DNA from: Promethearchaeota archaeon
Lineage (GTDB): Archaea; Asgardarchaeota; Lokiarchaeia; Sigyniarchaeales; SOKP01
Assembly: GCA_048937405.1 (NCBI GenBank)
Contig: JBHLNF010000002.1
Span: 256,001-320,000, forward strand
Direction: 5' to 3'
Length of the DNA stretch: 64,000 nucleotides
Part shown: piece by piece, positions 11,789-22,655 of the stretch
Position numbering within the stretch: the first letter of the stretch is position 1
Layout of the letters: each line of letters begins with the position of its first letter
The notes under the pieces: model-generated
Told to the model about the DNA's origin: nothing
Database searches by the model: none
The model's input: only the letters and a program-made list of their open reading frames with translations
Program-made: the position numbers and the translations under genes

Positions 11789-12262
11789 ATGGGAATATTA
11801 CGCAGAATAGAAAAAATAGTGAGAATTTTCTCAGAGAAAAAACTAAAAATTTCAGTAGCTGAAAGTTGTACTGGAGGTTTTATCTCTCATATGTTTACAA
11901 ATATTTCTGGATCATCAAAAGTCTTTGAAAGAGGAATTGTCTGTTATAGTAATGAAGCAAAGATAGAACTACTGAAAGTAGATCCAAAAATTATTGAAAT
12001 CTATGGTGCTGTATCAGAAAAAGTAGTTAATTCATTAGCTTATAATATTAGAATTCAATCAAATGTTGATTTTGGAATAGGAATCAGTGGAATTGCTGGA
12101 CCTACTGGAGGCACTCCAGAAAAACCAGTGGGGCTTGTATTTATAGGCATTTCAACAGAGAAGGATACAATTGTACAGAAATTCATTTTTAAAACAAACC
12201 GTATAAATTTTAAAAGAAAAGTATTGGAAAAAGTAATTGATATCTTAGAAGAATCTCAGTAA
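11789..12262 (+). CDS. pncC: NMN amidohydrolase (CinA C-terminal/PncC)
   Basis: AESCTGG, SGSS, YSNEAK, GAVS, GIAGPTGGTPEKPVG. Confidence 0.92.
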   Translation: MGILRRIEKIVRIFSEKKLKISVAESCTGGFISHMFTNISGSSKVFERGIVCYSNEAKIELLKVDPKIIEIYGAVSEKVVNSLAYNIRIQSNVDFGIGISGIAGPTGGTPEKPVGLVFIGISTEKDTIVQKFIFKTNRINFKRKVLEKVIDILEESQ

Positions 12263-12303
12263 GCAATTTCAGATAATAAAATGAAGAGTAAGAAAAAAAG
12301 AAC

Positions 12304-13491
12304 TTATTCTTCAATTAATTTCCCATTTTCCATTATACTTTTTTTAGAACCATCTATATACTCAACAGTTATGTTTGCTTTAGGAGAAGTAACAAAATCC
12401 CAATGCATTTGAGATGCGGATGTACCTCCAAATCCCTTATTTGAGCCAAAAGCAACATGAACACTTCCATTAATTTTTTCATCAGTAAGAATGTATCCAA
12501 TTGCTTTTGTTATTACAGGATTACATCCTATTCCAAGTTCACCTACGTTATACGTTCTGATCTCTGGTACATTATTTTCTCTATCTACTTTCTCACTCTG
12601 TTTAAAAGCATCTATTAAGAGATCCAGGTTAATATCCGCTGAAACCTTATCGATCAATAGTTTACCATCCTTGAAACTAAGTTCTACATTTTTTAAAATT
12701 TTATGAGTGTAACGTTCAATTGTTAAAGGACAAAATAATGTTCCTTCTCCCTGTTTTTCATGTGGTGGGAAAAAAACTTCTCCGGCAGGCAAGTTTCCTC
12801 CTAAATCTCCTAAGGCAATTTGTTCTTCAGATATTAAACCATCATCAAGAATTTTATCTCGATTTTCTATTGATACCCAAAAGTCAGTACCATAATCATC
12901 ACTAACATATACTTTTTTAGCTTTTTCAAAAAATTTTCCAATATTTTCTGTAATTTTGGTTAAATCTTCTGAAGGAATACACATACCATTAATAATGAAT
13001 TTTTCAAGTAAATCATACTCAATTTTATAGTAATTTGCCATTTTCTCTGAAGGCCAACATGAGTATATCCATCTTTTTCCTGGAGCATATTCTTCTTTAT
13101 ATCCATACAATATATCATTTAATGACGCACGTCCTTCTTGATAAGCTTCAAGCTTATCTTTTGGTGCTCTATTACGAACTAAAGGGTCTTCGGGGTACTC
13201 AATTACAATGTAAGCATCGATTTTTTTAATCATTTCCAAATAAGGGAGTGGCGTACTTTTAATTGTTTTGGCTTTAATTTGGTCATCTTGCCACATTGAA
13301 TTCTCATAATAGTCACTTATCGGGCTAATATGCGGATTTCCTCCTTTTCTAAGAACACTTACCCCTATTTCGTCTAATAAGTCGTAACAATAGAGACCGC
13401 CCTTTATAAGAATGAATTCATTTTCTTTTTTGATGTTTATACCTTTAACAATGTTTTCTGCACATAATTTAATTTTTTCTTTAGGGATCAT
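12304..13491 (-). CDS. Peptidase M29 aminopeptidase (AmpS/PepS-like); probable true start MIPKEKIK at 13491
   Basis: NLPAGEVF, GELGIG, DEKINGSVHVAFG, HWDFV. The start is reassigned because the ATG at 13491 lies in the att-like repeat, and the extra 16 codons of the listed ORF lie inside the element. Confidence 0.9.
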   Translation of the reverse strand: MIPKEKIKLCAENIVKGINIKKENEFILIKGGLYCYDLLDEIGVSVLRKGGNPHISPISDYYENSMWQDDQIKAKTIKSTPLPYLEMIKKIDAYIVIEYPEDPLVRNRAPKDKLEAYQEGRASLNDILYGYKEEYAPGKRWIYSCWPSEKMANYYKIEYDLLEKFIINGMCIPSEDLTKITENIGKFFEKAKKVYVSDDYGTDFWVSIENRDKILDDGLISEEQIALGDLGGNLPAGEVFFPPHEKQGEGTLFCPLTIERYTHKILKNVELSFKDGKLLIDKVSADINLDLLIDAFKQSEKVDRENNVPEIRTYNVGELGIGCNPVITKAIGYILTDEKINGSVHVAFGSNKGFGGTSASQMHWDFVTSPKANITVEYIDGSKKSIMENGKLIEE

Positions 13492-13492
13492 A
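13468..13492. repeat. Left att-like direct repeat (attL)
   Basis: tttaattttttctttAgggatcata is 24/25 identical to 24799-24823 and encodes the aminopeptidase start MIPKEKIK on the minus strand. Confidence 0.85.
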
Positions 13493-13736
13493 TCATTATC
13501 AAATATTTCATGAATATTATTTATTGCTATATTCTGCATTTTGAAATTAGCATATAAGAGAATATAAAAAAATAAGAAATTAAATGAAATTAATTTTGCA
13601 TAAAAATTGAAGTAATATCAATTGATCTTTTTGATTTAAAGGAGAATAAATTTAAATTTAGATCTAAACTTCAAAAATTATTATCTATATTGAAAATATA
13701 ATTGTTCTTAATCAGTTATCAAGAATGTGATATACA

Positions 13737-14399
13737 TCAGGAAAATTTTTTTTGAACTTTTGTTTTTTGAAGTTCCTCTCTTCGGAACCTATCTCCTTCA
13801 AGTACGTCTTGGGGTAATATTAATTTAACTATCCAGTCTACATCAATTTCCTTTTGATTTTTTACTGTATTCTTTATATCATGTCTAATTGGAATCCTGT
13901 CTGGAGCTATAATAAAGGGATAGTCATCGTTTATTTTACCTTGTTCTCGAAGTTTTTTTACAACTTGATTGTTGGATTCCCAAGTAATCTTTGTCTTTAC
14001 ACCTTCTTTATAATTCTTTATTGCTTCTCGAAACTCAGATAAATAATAAAACCTCTCGGCTTTATCTTTTTCATCAAATAACTGGTCCTTTTCATCGTCC
14101 CAATTAGAATTGATTAAGATAAGCTCTTTGAGTGCGTTTGTCATCTTAGCCCCAAATTTCATCAAATATACGCCTAAAACTTGATATGCCAATCGGGATT
14201 TTTGTTTAATTGCAAGTCTAACTAAATCCTCATATGTCTGTTCAATTAATTCTTTGTTCCTTTCATCGGAGATTTCCCTTAAAGTTTCTTTTTCAATGTC
14301 ACTTAAAGCATTATCAACTATATCATTAAATCTGGCAAAAAAAATGTTTGCTTGACTATTCCCCATGATTGTGTAAGACCAAGTTCTCATTTCTGTCAT
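13737..14399 (-). CDS. Candidate immunity protein (DUF4259-like), directly downstream of the giant gene
   Basis: N-terminus MRTWSYTIMGNSQA resembles the MGxWxxxxxxND start of DUF4259; later W-D-D-E...ERxxYL helix; co-oriented 48 bp after the giant gene stop. Confidence 0.45.
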   Translation of the reverse strand: MTEMRTWSYTIMGNSQANIFFARFNDIVDNALSDIEKETLREISDERNKELIEQTYEDLVRLAIKQKSRLAYQVLGVYLMKFGAKMTNALKELILINSNWDDEKDQLFDEKDKAERFYYLSEFREAIKNYKEGVKTKITWESNNQVVKKLREQGKINDDYPFIIAPDRIPIRHDIKNTVKNQKEIDVDWIVKLILPQDVLEGDRFRREELQKTKVQKKFS

Positions 14400-14447
14400 A
14401 TTTAAAAATAAATTTTCTTTCTAATAGCAATATAAAAAATATAGTAT

Positions 14448-17400
14448 TTAAATGTTTGACCTCGACCCTAAAAATTGATCGAACCAATATTCATTAACTC
14501 CCATTTCATTTAAACTTATGATTGCATCATCTTTTTTATCCATTAAAGCATTAAATGCATCTTCATCACCTTTGAGTGATTCTTTCTTGAGTTTCATTAA
14601 TATATTGATTTCTGGAGGAAGTGGATTATCCGGATTAGTCCCTGTCCCAGCTAATCCTAAGAAATTCGACAAATCCTCAATTGTAATAACGTTTATACGA
14701 TCTGGGAAATCGTCAACTAATTTTTTAATATCTCTATCCCATTTAGGAGCTAAATAATGACGTTTTTCATTATATAGCACAATTAATAGATGTGTGTCGT
14801 CAGTATAATAACCTTTTTCTAACTTTTCTTGAATTTTATCGAATCTTGTATTCATTGTCCAATCTATAACAATCCTTTTTATATCTTTGTCAAAATGAGG
14901 AATAGTATAGAAATATTTTTTGTCTTTGTGAAAGTAAAATCTTCCTTGTAAGTCTTGTAAACGATTTTCATCCTCAAAGAAATTTATAAATTCTGTTGTT
15001 CTTGGAATAAGAGTGTCAACTTTAGTGCCTTTATCAAAATCAAGGTTATACCTCTTCGCTCGGATTTCATAAAAGCTTTTAAAATTCCTATCAAGTAAAG
15101 ATCTGATAAATATTTCTGAAATCGGAACATGGAATAAGGTACCAATATCTTCTCTTTTATAATCTCCAATATTTTTTAAGAAATCATTAACCCAGTCTAT
15201 TGCATTTCGCTTTGATTTTGAAGAAACTGATGAAGTTAAACTATTAATTTTCTGTTTAAGATTTATAAATACTGATTTCTTGGGAGTAATCCCTCTCCTT
15301 AAATCTGTCATAAGAGTTGGAGCTATCTTATATATTGATACTATTTCTCTGTTGTTATCATCAGCAAACGCAAACATTGCAGAAATGATAAGATTTAATA
15401 AATCTTGATCAATATCATCTATCAAAACATCCTGCTTCTGCAATTTTACAGTAAAACCATACCTTAAGATATGACCTATCACTAACTTATTGATCGAGGT
15501 AACAAACTCTTTAAAATTATTTTTATCTATATATAAATCTACATCTGTTTCTTTGATTATTATATTTCTTGTCTGCTTGAAATTTAACCTATTAGAATAA
15601 TATATAAATTCAAAAAGAGTTGTAAAATCAAATTCATCTCTTTTTTTGGAATATGTGTGAGATTTTAAAGATCTTAAGACCTTGTCTGGATGTTCAGAAT
15701 GTCCAGAATATAAAATTTTTGATATTAACTCATCAGTCAAAGGTTTTTTAACTCCACATTTTCCAATAAGCTTTTGTAATTCTTCAATAATATTATCTAC
15801 TAATTCTACTCGGTTCGGTTTATCAACTTCTTCTGAATAACGTTTATTATACCAAATATCTAACATTGGATCTGTGAAATGTTCAATTGCACTTACTCTA
15901 ACAAATTCAGGGAGGAACTGGAATGTCTTTCTTTTTAGGATATTAGTAGAAATCTTAATTATAGAATCAATTTCTACAAATTTACGCTTCCCTTTTCTAA
16001 GTTCACCTACCCAACCCGCATTCATTCCAAGCTCTAAACTAAGTCTCTGATATGAAAACTTCTGTTCCCCGTTCCATTTATAGAAAAATTCACTTCCGCC
16101 TATTTTTCTTTTATTAGCTTCTCTAATATTCGCTTGAAGATAATTGATTAAACGAATTGCCAAATTGTTGATACGTTTTATTTGATTTGGATTTAGCCCT
16201 CGAGCTCCAATAACATTACCAGTATTTTCACTTACTGAATAATCATGATCAGGATAGAATTGGAAATTCTTGATACCTAATATTAAATGCGCAAGTGGAT
16301 TATATCTCGTCGCTAACAACAGCTCTACTGTAGAATCAAATAATTCATCTTTTATGAGAGGCTTCTGAGTTTGACCCAACTGGGCCCATTCTATTGCTTC
16401 ACTAAGATCATCTTGTACTATATCGTTTATAGTAACATATTCCAAAAGTGAATCAGAAATTCTATCGGTAAGATAAGTATTTGAAGCTTTAACCTGTTGC
16501 TTTTGTAATACCGACTTATATATATCCTTCAATGAATCTAAAGTCTCTGCGGAAGTTCCAATGCCTATTAGAAGATTTCCGAATCCTGCACTGATGGAGC
16601 CCAAAAGACCCCCAGTAAGAGCTCCAGCAAGCATAATGAAAGGAGAGAAATCATCTATATAATCAATCATTCCCTTTTTAGTTTCTTGCTGTTCTTTAGC
16701 TTTAATCTTTAAGTCATTGGTGGTTTCGATTTGAGATTGAACGCGAATATTAGGCTCGATTTCAGCTTTAATCTGTATTTGAGATTGTTCTTGAAAGTGT
16801 GTATTCATACCGGAACCCGTCCAAATGAGCTGGTTGAGATCACCGGTCATTTCACGTCCCGATTCGGCAAGCCCGCTCCATAAAATCTGAGCAGCAACAC
16901 CATATCCACAGTCGGCAACATAATTAGATACCACTGAGTCAATCCACGGATCCACATACACTTCTTCAATCGATTCGCTTATCATGGCTCCAAAAATACG
17001 GTACATGCCCATGTGTTTACCCCCAAGATCTTCAAACTTACTTCCAATATTTTTGAGAACTTGAGAAGTCATTGTTTTCGAAGATTCCGCAGCCAATGCT
17101 TTGCCTTGAGTAGTGATACTATTACCGAGGCTGCCGAATGCCTTATCAATCCCCATAGTAGCTCCAATGGAGAGCGCGGTGCTAATTACGGTTATAAACA
17201 CTGTGTAGCAAATTTCACTTAAGCGCTGTTGCGTCTGCTCTGCGACCGTAAACTGATAAAGATATTGGAGCATGGATTGATGAGTAGATTGCATGGTAGC
17301 AATTCTCTGAGCTTCTTCTGGAGTGATGTCATCTCTTTCCACAGTGATATCGCGATATTTCTCAATGTGAAAGTCAAGCACAATATATGCATCATATGAG

Positions 17401-20400
17401 GATTGTCCTGGAGATGGATGGTCTTCTTTTGCATCGTTAATAATTGCATTTAACGTTGAATAAATATCTTTACCTGAAATAAGAGATACCTCACCTGTGA
17501 ATGGATTGTATTCTGTATCAATATTTAAACCATCTTTCTGTTCAACTGTTCCTATATTATCAACTAACCATACATCGACTCCTACAATATTGGACATTAA
17601 GGGGCGGTTGGCAAGATATTCATCGGGAATTAACTGAATGGTCTCAGTGGTCTCATCATAAATTTTATAGATATGGTTATATTCATCGTATAGTTCTTGC
17701 TCTTCATATTTTTCATGGGTAACATAAATAGGATAATTCAGGTAAAATTCAGGGACTGCCGTAGTTTCGGAGTCTAACACTTGTAAAGAAGGCTTTACGG
17801 ACATCATATACGGAATAATGCGGTTATAGGACTTTTCCTCGTTTTCGGTGAGGGAGGATATCTGGTCTTCAAGATACATGAGGGAATTTCGCATATATTT
17901 AATATTTTTATTACGGGGTTTTGTGATGGTCATGTCTTTCAAATTGATAGTTCCATCGAGTATTCCTTCACTAGTTACTTCATTTTCCTCCTCGATTGGT
18001 TCGGTAACTACTAAGAATGGTTCCAATCGAGGATCCTCAATATCGGAATATGCTTCATAACTACGAGTCTGTTGGGAATAATCCAATACAATCTTATTAA
18101 ATTTAGTTCCAAAATTGGTGGTTTTATCAATTCCCGGGGAAGCAATAAGAAATTGCCCTTGATAAATATGCTCATCGGTCTCTACCTTAATCTCTGAATA
18201 TACACCTCCTGTCGTTCCAAGTAAGGCGTTGGTCATATGCTCATGGAAGTAACGGTCCTTCCACCATTTATCAGATAAGGTCTCTGTTGTCTTATAATTT
18301 TCATTATACGTCATCTGAGAGACGAGGTAGTTATTTACTTTCTTTTGTTGCTCGATGGCATTTAGGGAATTAATCAGCCAATACGTAAGCATTCCAACAA
18401 CAAATCCGATGGCAGCACCAATATATCCTCCTCCTGCTGTTCCAATAGATGTTCCTTCTAATGCTGCTCCGAGTACTCCCGCAAGAGTAATCCCAACCAC
18501 TTTCCCAATTGTATAAGATGCCACCATGGCACTTACTTGAAATGTGATATCCCCCACTATTTTTTGGGGAGTAAGGGCTTCTATAAATTGATGGGAGGTA
18601 ATACTCATAGCAAGTTTCATTAACTTACTTGACTTTCCAGAATAATCCATCTTCCATACATCGAAAAGCGAATCCCTAAAGGTGGGTTCGACAAATAACC
18701 CGTCAAAATTATTATAATCTTTGTAATTTATTAACCTTCCCTCAGCGATATTTAATGATGTGGCAAAAGAATCGGGAATTTCAGCAGTAGCTGCCTCGCT
18801 TTTTATAATATGCTTTTCCACAGGCATAGATTTATGAGGTTCAAAATATGCGTTTCCATCATAATCAAGCCCAATTCCTACCGTATATCCTTCTGAATCG
18901 GTGATAAAGATGACATTATACAGTCCATCACCATCATCATCATAATACAGATACTTATAATCCTCAATGGTATCCTTGTTATATCCTTCAGTATTATCAT
19001 ATGCAACTCCCATTTCGGGAATTACTTCAATTGCATCCACAGTAATTTGCTGCTCTTCGGTATAATCAGCAATCCCGGAACCTTCATTATATGATCCAGG
19101 AACGGTGATTACTTTTTCGGTGGCTAAAATATTAGAAACCTCAACAGGACTGTTTACAGTGATTTTCCTATCATAAATAGCGGGTACATTATCATCTGGG
19201 TGGGAAAGACTCAAAAGATTTTCAAGTAAGGGCGCTTGTATTTCAATGTCATTGGAAGGATCAGAATCCCCTTGGGTGTCTACGACGGGTATCAGATTAT
19301 TATCTAAGTTATATATTTCAGAAAGCTCGTTTGGAAATACATCATCATAATACCTAGTGCTTACCACTTCACCATATTCAAAATCCCTGAATGTATAGGA
19401 TATGCTGTCATCTGTTATAATATAAGATGAGTTTCGATATTCGGTGAAATTTGCAACTGCATATTTATGATTTACATCATCACTTTTGAAAAATGTGAGA
19501 TAAGTGATTTCGGTGGTACATACTATAGCATAAGTGCTAGTAAATATTTGTTCAGAGGTAAGTTCACTATCTATGTATCCATCTTGATCGATATCTTTTT
19601 GAATTAAAGTGGATAATTTACTAACTCGAGTAGTAGTAGTGGTATTGGTAATTATGGTACGTGTAGCCCACACTCCATTGTTGGCTACTTCATATTGCTC
19701 TGTTTCTCGAATTTCTCCGTTTTTATTTACATTTACTTCAGTAGAGAATACTTCCTGCACTAAGGTATGGAAAGAAATCTCTCCTACGGGATTGATATAT
19801 CCATATTTGAAGGAATCATAGGTGCCATCTCCTGTAATATCATCTTTTTGGACAACATATTCATGGGTACAATCCTCATCATAATCATAGAATTCCAGTA
19901 TAGTTTTTGGATCATCAATTTTTGTAAAGTTGTCGAAATCTTGTCCTTGATCTCCGAACGTAAGGGAATAGGGCTGACTGGGTGGATTATAGAGCACAAA
20001 CCCCTTATTTCGCATATATTCAAAATGCTCAAACATGGACTCTTCTGAGCCCACCGCATACTCTTCCATAAGTAGGAAGTAATCAATATCATTGTATTCA
20101 AAATCAACGTAAAGGCTATCATTTTTTGTCCACGCTGGTGCTTCAGGATGGTTAATAGTAGCAGCATCAGTCATTTTAAATTGGGTATAATCTGAATAAG
20201 CTCCTTCTGAAAAGTTGAGATATACTAAAATTTTCTCAAAATGTTCAAAGGTATATCCATTTGGTGGGGTAATTTCGATCGTTTTTGCTGTGGGGTATAT
20301 AATTACTTGATCTGGATCAAAATCAATGCTGGTTTCGTTGAAAAAATACCCTTTAATGAGCATGATATCGAGGTCTAGGGCGTTCGAGTAATCCTGCGAT

Positions 20401-22655
20401 AAGGTAAAATTCACTTCAGTTGGAACGGTAGCAAACCACGGATAGATAGTCTCTACTGCAATATTTCGAGCTTTGAAGTCTCCAAGAGTTTGATTGTATA
20501 CCACTGATTCATAGTCTTCTGAGCCCTCATCATACCATTCAAAGGTAATATCGAGGGTGTCAATATTGATATTAGGAGATTCAATAGTGTGCCATTCTGA
20601 CCAGGCATTCTCATCTGCCCATGAAATATAGAGATAACTGTAATTTGCAATATGGGGTTGATAATAGTCATATAATTCTTCAAGATTTTCTTTTCCCTCG
20701 ATGTAGGCATTATAATATTCTCCCGAATACATGGGGTTCCAGGTAATATCATAGATTCCAAGTGAAGTATTTTTCCCTATTAAATGAGAATCAAAATAAT
20801 AATAATTCCCATCGCTGTCAAACGCATCAAAATAGAAGGTTTCATTGATGGAGTGATCTCCTGCGTAGAGTGGTAAATAAACGGAAGCATCTAAGGTTCG
20901 CAATTCAGAATAAATATCCTCGTAATTCCCGTAATAAAATGATTGAATGTGATTATTTGGATAAATATCAAATATTTCCGAATCATATAAGGTAGCATTG
21001 TAATCAAATTCAAAAATAAAGAAGGAATCCACGACCACTTGATATCTTGGATCGTTAGATGTAATTAACACATCGGTAATATAGCAATATTCAATGCTGT
21101 TTGAATCGGTGGTTTTAAACTCAGAAGAAATATCTTCAAAAGAAATATTCAATACTTTCTGCTGATAGGTATCATAAAACTCATTTTCGAATGGAGTTAA
21201 ATCTAAAGCCGTTTCCCAAGCTACTAATTTACCTCGCTCTGAATAGATATCATCTATGGTGTAGGTATTACCGTCGTTATGTATTCCGAGAAGTGAAATT
21301 TCCGCAATAGGTACATCATCAATATTGGTAAGGTAATCAGTGATGTAAGGTGCTTTTTGGAGTACCATCTGGTCAATAGTAAGTCCTATTGATTGCTCTA
21401 ACGTGGCATTAAATTTTAAATATAAGATATCACCATCTTTCATATACATAAGATTACCATTTGGATCTATGTACGATTCAGGAAGTGAAATGTTATTATA
21501 CTCCACTTCATAGGTCTGTTGATTATCATAAATGTTAAGTTCTTCGGTTCTGGTATCCACATTGTAAATTGGATAGATTGGTTCATATAACTCATTTAAC
21601 ACAATTACGTATTGATTATGTGAATAACTTTCATTTAACATTCTGATAAGATCTACATTGAGCAATCCGTTTTTCGCTAATTCAGAATCCCACTCAATCG
21701 TCTGTACCGTTGGTATACCTTTTTTGTAAAAATCACCTACAAAATCGGTCGCATTATTAAAGATCGGAGTAAACATAATAGACGCATCATTTGCTACTTT
21801 GAAATTAGACCATTGATTTGGTTGACTTGGTTCTGGAAGGGTGATATAGAGAGTTCCTGAATCATCCTCAAACATATCAAGAGACACCAATGTAGATCCT
21901 ATATAGTTATTCTGTTCGTTATAATAAAAGGAAACATTAAGATATCTGAGCACATCGGGATTTAGAAAGCCCATTTTTAGGATTAATGTATCAAAGGAAT
22001 CCCATCCGTCATAGGGGTCGTTAAGATCTTCGGTAAGATAATAAATGAGGCTGTTGGTGCTATCCTTAGAGCTATTAAGAATGGCAAAAATTTGCTGTAC
22101 CTTACCCCTACTTACAGTAGTATAAGGATCGGTATCATAAATAAAGTGCGACGATTCATAATTTGCCATAAGTGTATCTTCGGGATGTTGAGTAGTAGTC
22201 CAGTTAAGAAGGGTGATCTGATCGGTTGCCAAATTCACAGTAAAGCTATGATAATTCTGATATTTATTATAATAATTGGCATAAATAGTAAGAGTTATCA
22301 TATCATTTTCTCCAAGTTCGCCATCCGAGAGCTCATCTAAATTCGAAATGGTGACTGAATTGTTTGAACTATAATAGTAAATATAAATCTCATCAATAAC
22401 TTCCTGCTGTCCTGTGGAATTCATAAAGGACGCTAATATAATAGGGGTACTATCAGAATATTGTTGGGGTACATTTGGATCCAATTCAATATTGACTTTT
22501 TTATTGGCAATATCTCCATTATTCAAAATTGTTTCAAAGGTTAAAATTGCTTTTTCCTGGAGTCTGTAGTTTAACGCCATCTGATATTGATAGTTTGCTG
22601 ATAGATTGTAGTACAGAGGTGCAATAATTGAACTTCCACTGAACGGATAATAATT
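14448..22655 (-). CDS. Giant acidic protein, 5'-truncated, polymorphic-toxin-like (stalk, hydrophobic helices, HTH, putative PD-(D/E)XK nuclease)
   Basis: >2700 codons. Dx[DN]xDG-type loops (DIDQDG, DDDGDG, DITGDG), Gly-rich hydrophobic helices, basic C-terminus with GTLFH...KVDTLI...IVIDWT. No signal peptide; the first ~22 codons of the listed ORF are the antisense of another gene. Confidence 0.7.
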   Translation of the reverse strand, partial: NYYPFSGSSIIAPLYYNLSANYQYQMALNYRLQEKAILTFETILNNGDIANKKVNIELDPNVPQQYSDSTPIILASFMNSTGQQEVIDEIYIYYYSSNNSVTISNLDELSDGELGENDMITLTIYANYYNKYQNYHSFTVNLATDQITLLNWTTTQHPEDTLMANYESSHFIYDTDPYTTVSRGKVQQIFAILNSSKDSTNSLIYYLTEDLNDPYDGWDSFDTLILKMGFLNPDVLRYLNVSFYYNEQNNYIGSTLVSLDMFEDDSGTLYITLPEPSQPNQWSNFKVANDASIMFTPIFNNATDFVGDFYKKGIPTVQTIEWDSELAKNGLLNVDLIRMLNESYSHNQYVIVLNELYEPIYPIYNVDTRTEELNIYDNQQTYEVEYNNISLPESYIDPNGNLMYMKDGDILYLKFNATLEQSIGLTIDQMVLQKAPYITDYLTNIDDVPIAEISLLGIHNDGNTYTIDDIYSERGKLVAWETALDLTPFENEFYDTYQQKVLNISFEDISSEFKTTDSNSIEYCYITDVLITSNDPRYQVVVDSFFIFEFDYNATLYDSEIFDIYPNNHIQSFYYGNYEDIYSELRTLDASVYLPLYAGDHSINETFYFDAFDSDGNYYYFDSHLIGKNTSLGIYDITWNPMYSGEYYNAYIEGKENLEELYDYYQPHIANYSYLYISWADENAWSEWHTIESPNINIDTLDITFEWYDEGSEDYESVVYNQTLGDFKARNIAVETIYPWFATVPTEVNFTLSQDYSNALDLDIMLIKGYFFNETSIDFDPDQVIIYPTAKTIEITPPNGYTFEHFEKILVYLNFSEGAYSDYTQFKMTDAATINHPEAPAWTKNDSLYVDFEYNDIDYFLLMEEYAVGSEESMFEHFEYMRNKGFVLYNPPSQPYSLTFGDQGQDFDNFTKIDDPKTILEFYDYDEDCTHEYVVQKDDITGDGTYDSFKYGYINPVGEISFHTLVQEVFSTEVNVNKNGEIRETEQYEVANNGVWATRTIITNTTTTTRVSKLSTLIQKDIDQDGYIDSELTSEQIFTSTYAIVCTTEITYLTFFKSDDVNHKYAVANFTEYRNSSYIITDDSISYTFRDFEYGEVVSTRYYDDVFPNELSEIYNLDNNLIPVVDTQGDSDPSNDIEIQAPLLENLLSLSHPDDNVPAIYDRKITVNSPVEVSNILATEKVITVPGSYNEGSGIADYTEEQQITVDAIEVIPEMGVAYDNTEGYNKDTIEDYKYLYYDDDGDGLYNVIFITDSEGYTVGIGLDYDGNAYFEPHKSMPVEKHIIKSEAATAEIPDSFATSLNIAEGRLINYKDYNNFDGLFVEPTFRDSLFDVWKMDYSGKSSKLMKLAMSITSHQFIEALTPQKIVGDITFQVSAMVASYTIGKVVGITLAGVLGAALEGTSIGTAGGGYIGAAIGFVVGMLTYWLINSLNAIEQQKKVNNYLVSQMTYNENYKTTETLSDKWWKDRYFHEHMTNALLGTTGGVYSEIKVETDEHIYQGQFLIASPGIDKTTNFGTKFNKIVLDYSQQTRSYEAYSDIEDPRLEPFLVVTEPIEEENEVTSEGILDGTINLKDMTITKPRNKNIKYMRNSLMYLEDQISSLTENEEKSYNRIIPYMMSVKPSLQVLDSETTAVPEFYLNYPIYVTHEKYEEQELYDEYNHIYKIYDETTETIQLIPDEYLANRPLMSNIVGVDVWLVDNIGTVEQKDGLNIDTEYNPFTGEVSLISGKDIYSTLNAIINDAKEDHPSPGQSSYDAYIVLDFHIEKYRDITVERDDITPEEAQRIATMQSTHQSMLQYLYQFTVAEQTQQRLSEICYTVFITVISTALSIGATMGIDKAFGSLGNSITTQGKALAAESSKTMTSQVLKNIGSKFEDLGGKHMGMYRIFGAMISESIEEVYVDPWIDSVVSNYVADCGYGVAAQILWSGLAESGREMTGDLNQLIWTGSGMNTHFQEQSQIQIKAEIEPNIRVQSQIETTNDLKIKAKEQQETKKGMIDYIDDFSPFIMLAGALTGGLLGSISAGFGNLLIGIGTSAETLDSLKDIYKSVLQKQQVKASNTYLTDRISDSLLEYVTINDIVQDDLSEAIEWAQLGQTQKPLIKDELFDSTVELLLATRYNPLAHLILGIKNFQFYPDHDYSVSENTGNVIGARGLNPNQIKRINNLAIRLINYLQANIREANKRKIGGSEFFYKWNGEQKFSYQRLSLELGMNAGWVGELRKGKRKFVEIDSIIKISTNILKRKTFQFLPEFVRVSAIEHFTDPMLDIWYNKRYSEEVDKPNRVELVDNIIEELQKLIGKCGVKKPLTDELISKILYSGHSEHPDKVLRSLKSHTYSKKRDEFDFTTLFEFIYYSNRLNFKQTRNIIIKETDVDLYIDKNNFKEFVTSINKLVIGHILRYGFTVKLQKQDVLIDDIDQDLLNLIISAMFAFADDNNREIVSIYKIAPTLMTDLRRGITPKKSVFINLKQKINSLTSSVSSKSKRNAIDWVNDFLKNIGDYKREDIGTLFHVPISEIFIRSLLDRNFKSFYEIRAKRYNLDFDKGTKVDTLIPRTTEFINFFEDENRLQDLQGRFYFHKDKKYFYTIPHFDKDIKRIVIDWTMNTRFDKIQEKLEKGYYTDDTHLLIVLYNEKRHYLAPKWDRDIKKLVDDFPDRINVITIEDLSNFLGLAGTGTNPDNPLPPEINILMKLKKESLKGDEDAFNALMDKKDDAIISLNEMGVNEYWFDQFLGSRSNI

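Noticed and set aside
13492-13539. 16-codon N-terminal extension of the aminopeptidase ORF
   Set aside because: It lies in element DNA beyond the att repeat; the attR copy indicates the native start is MIPKEK.
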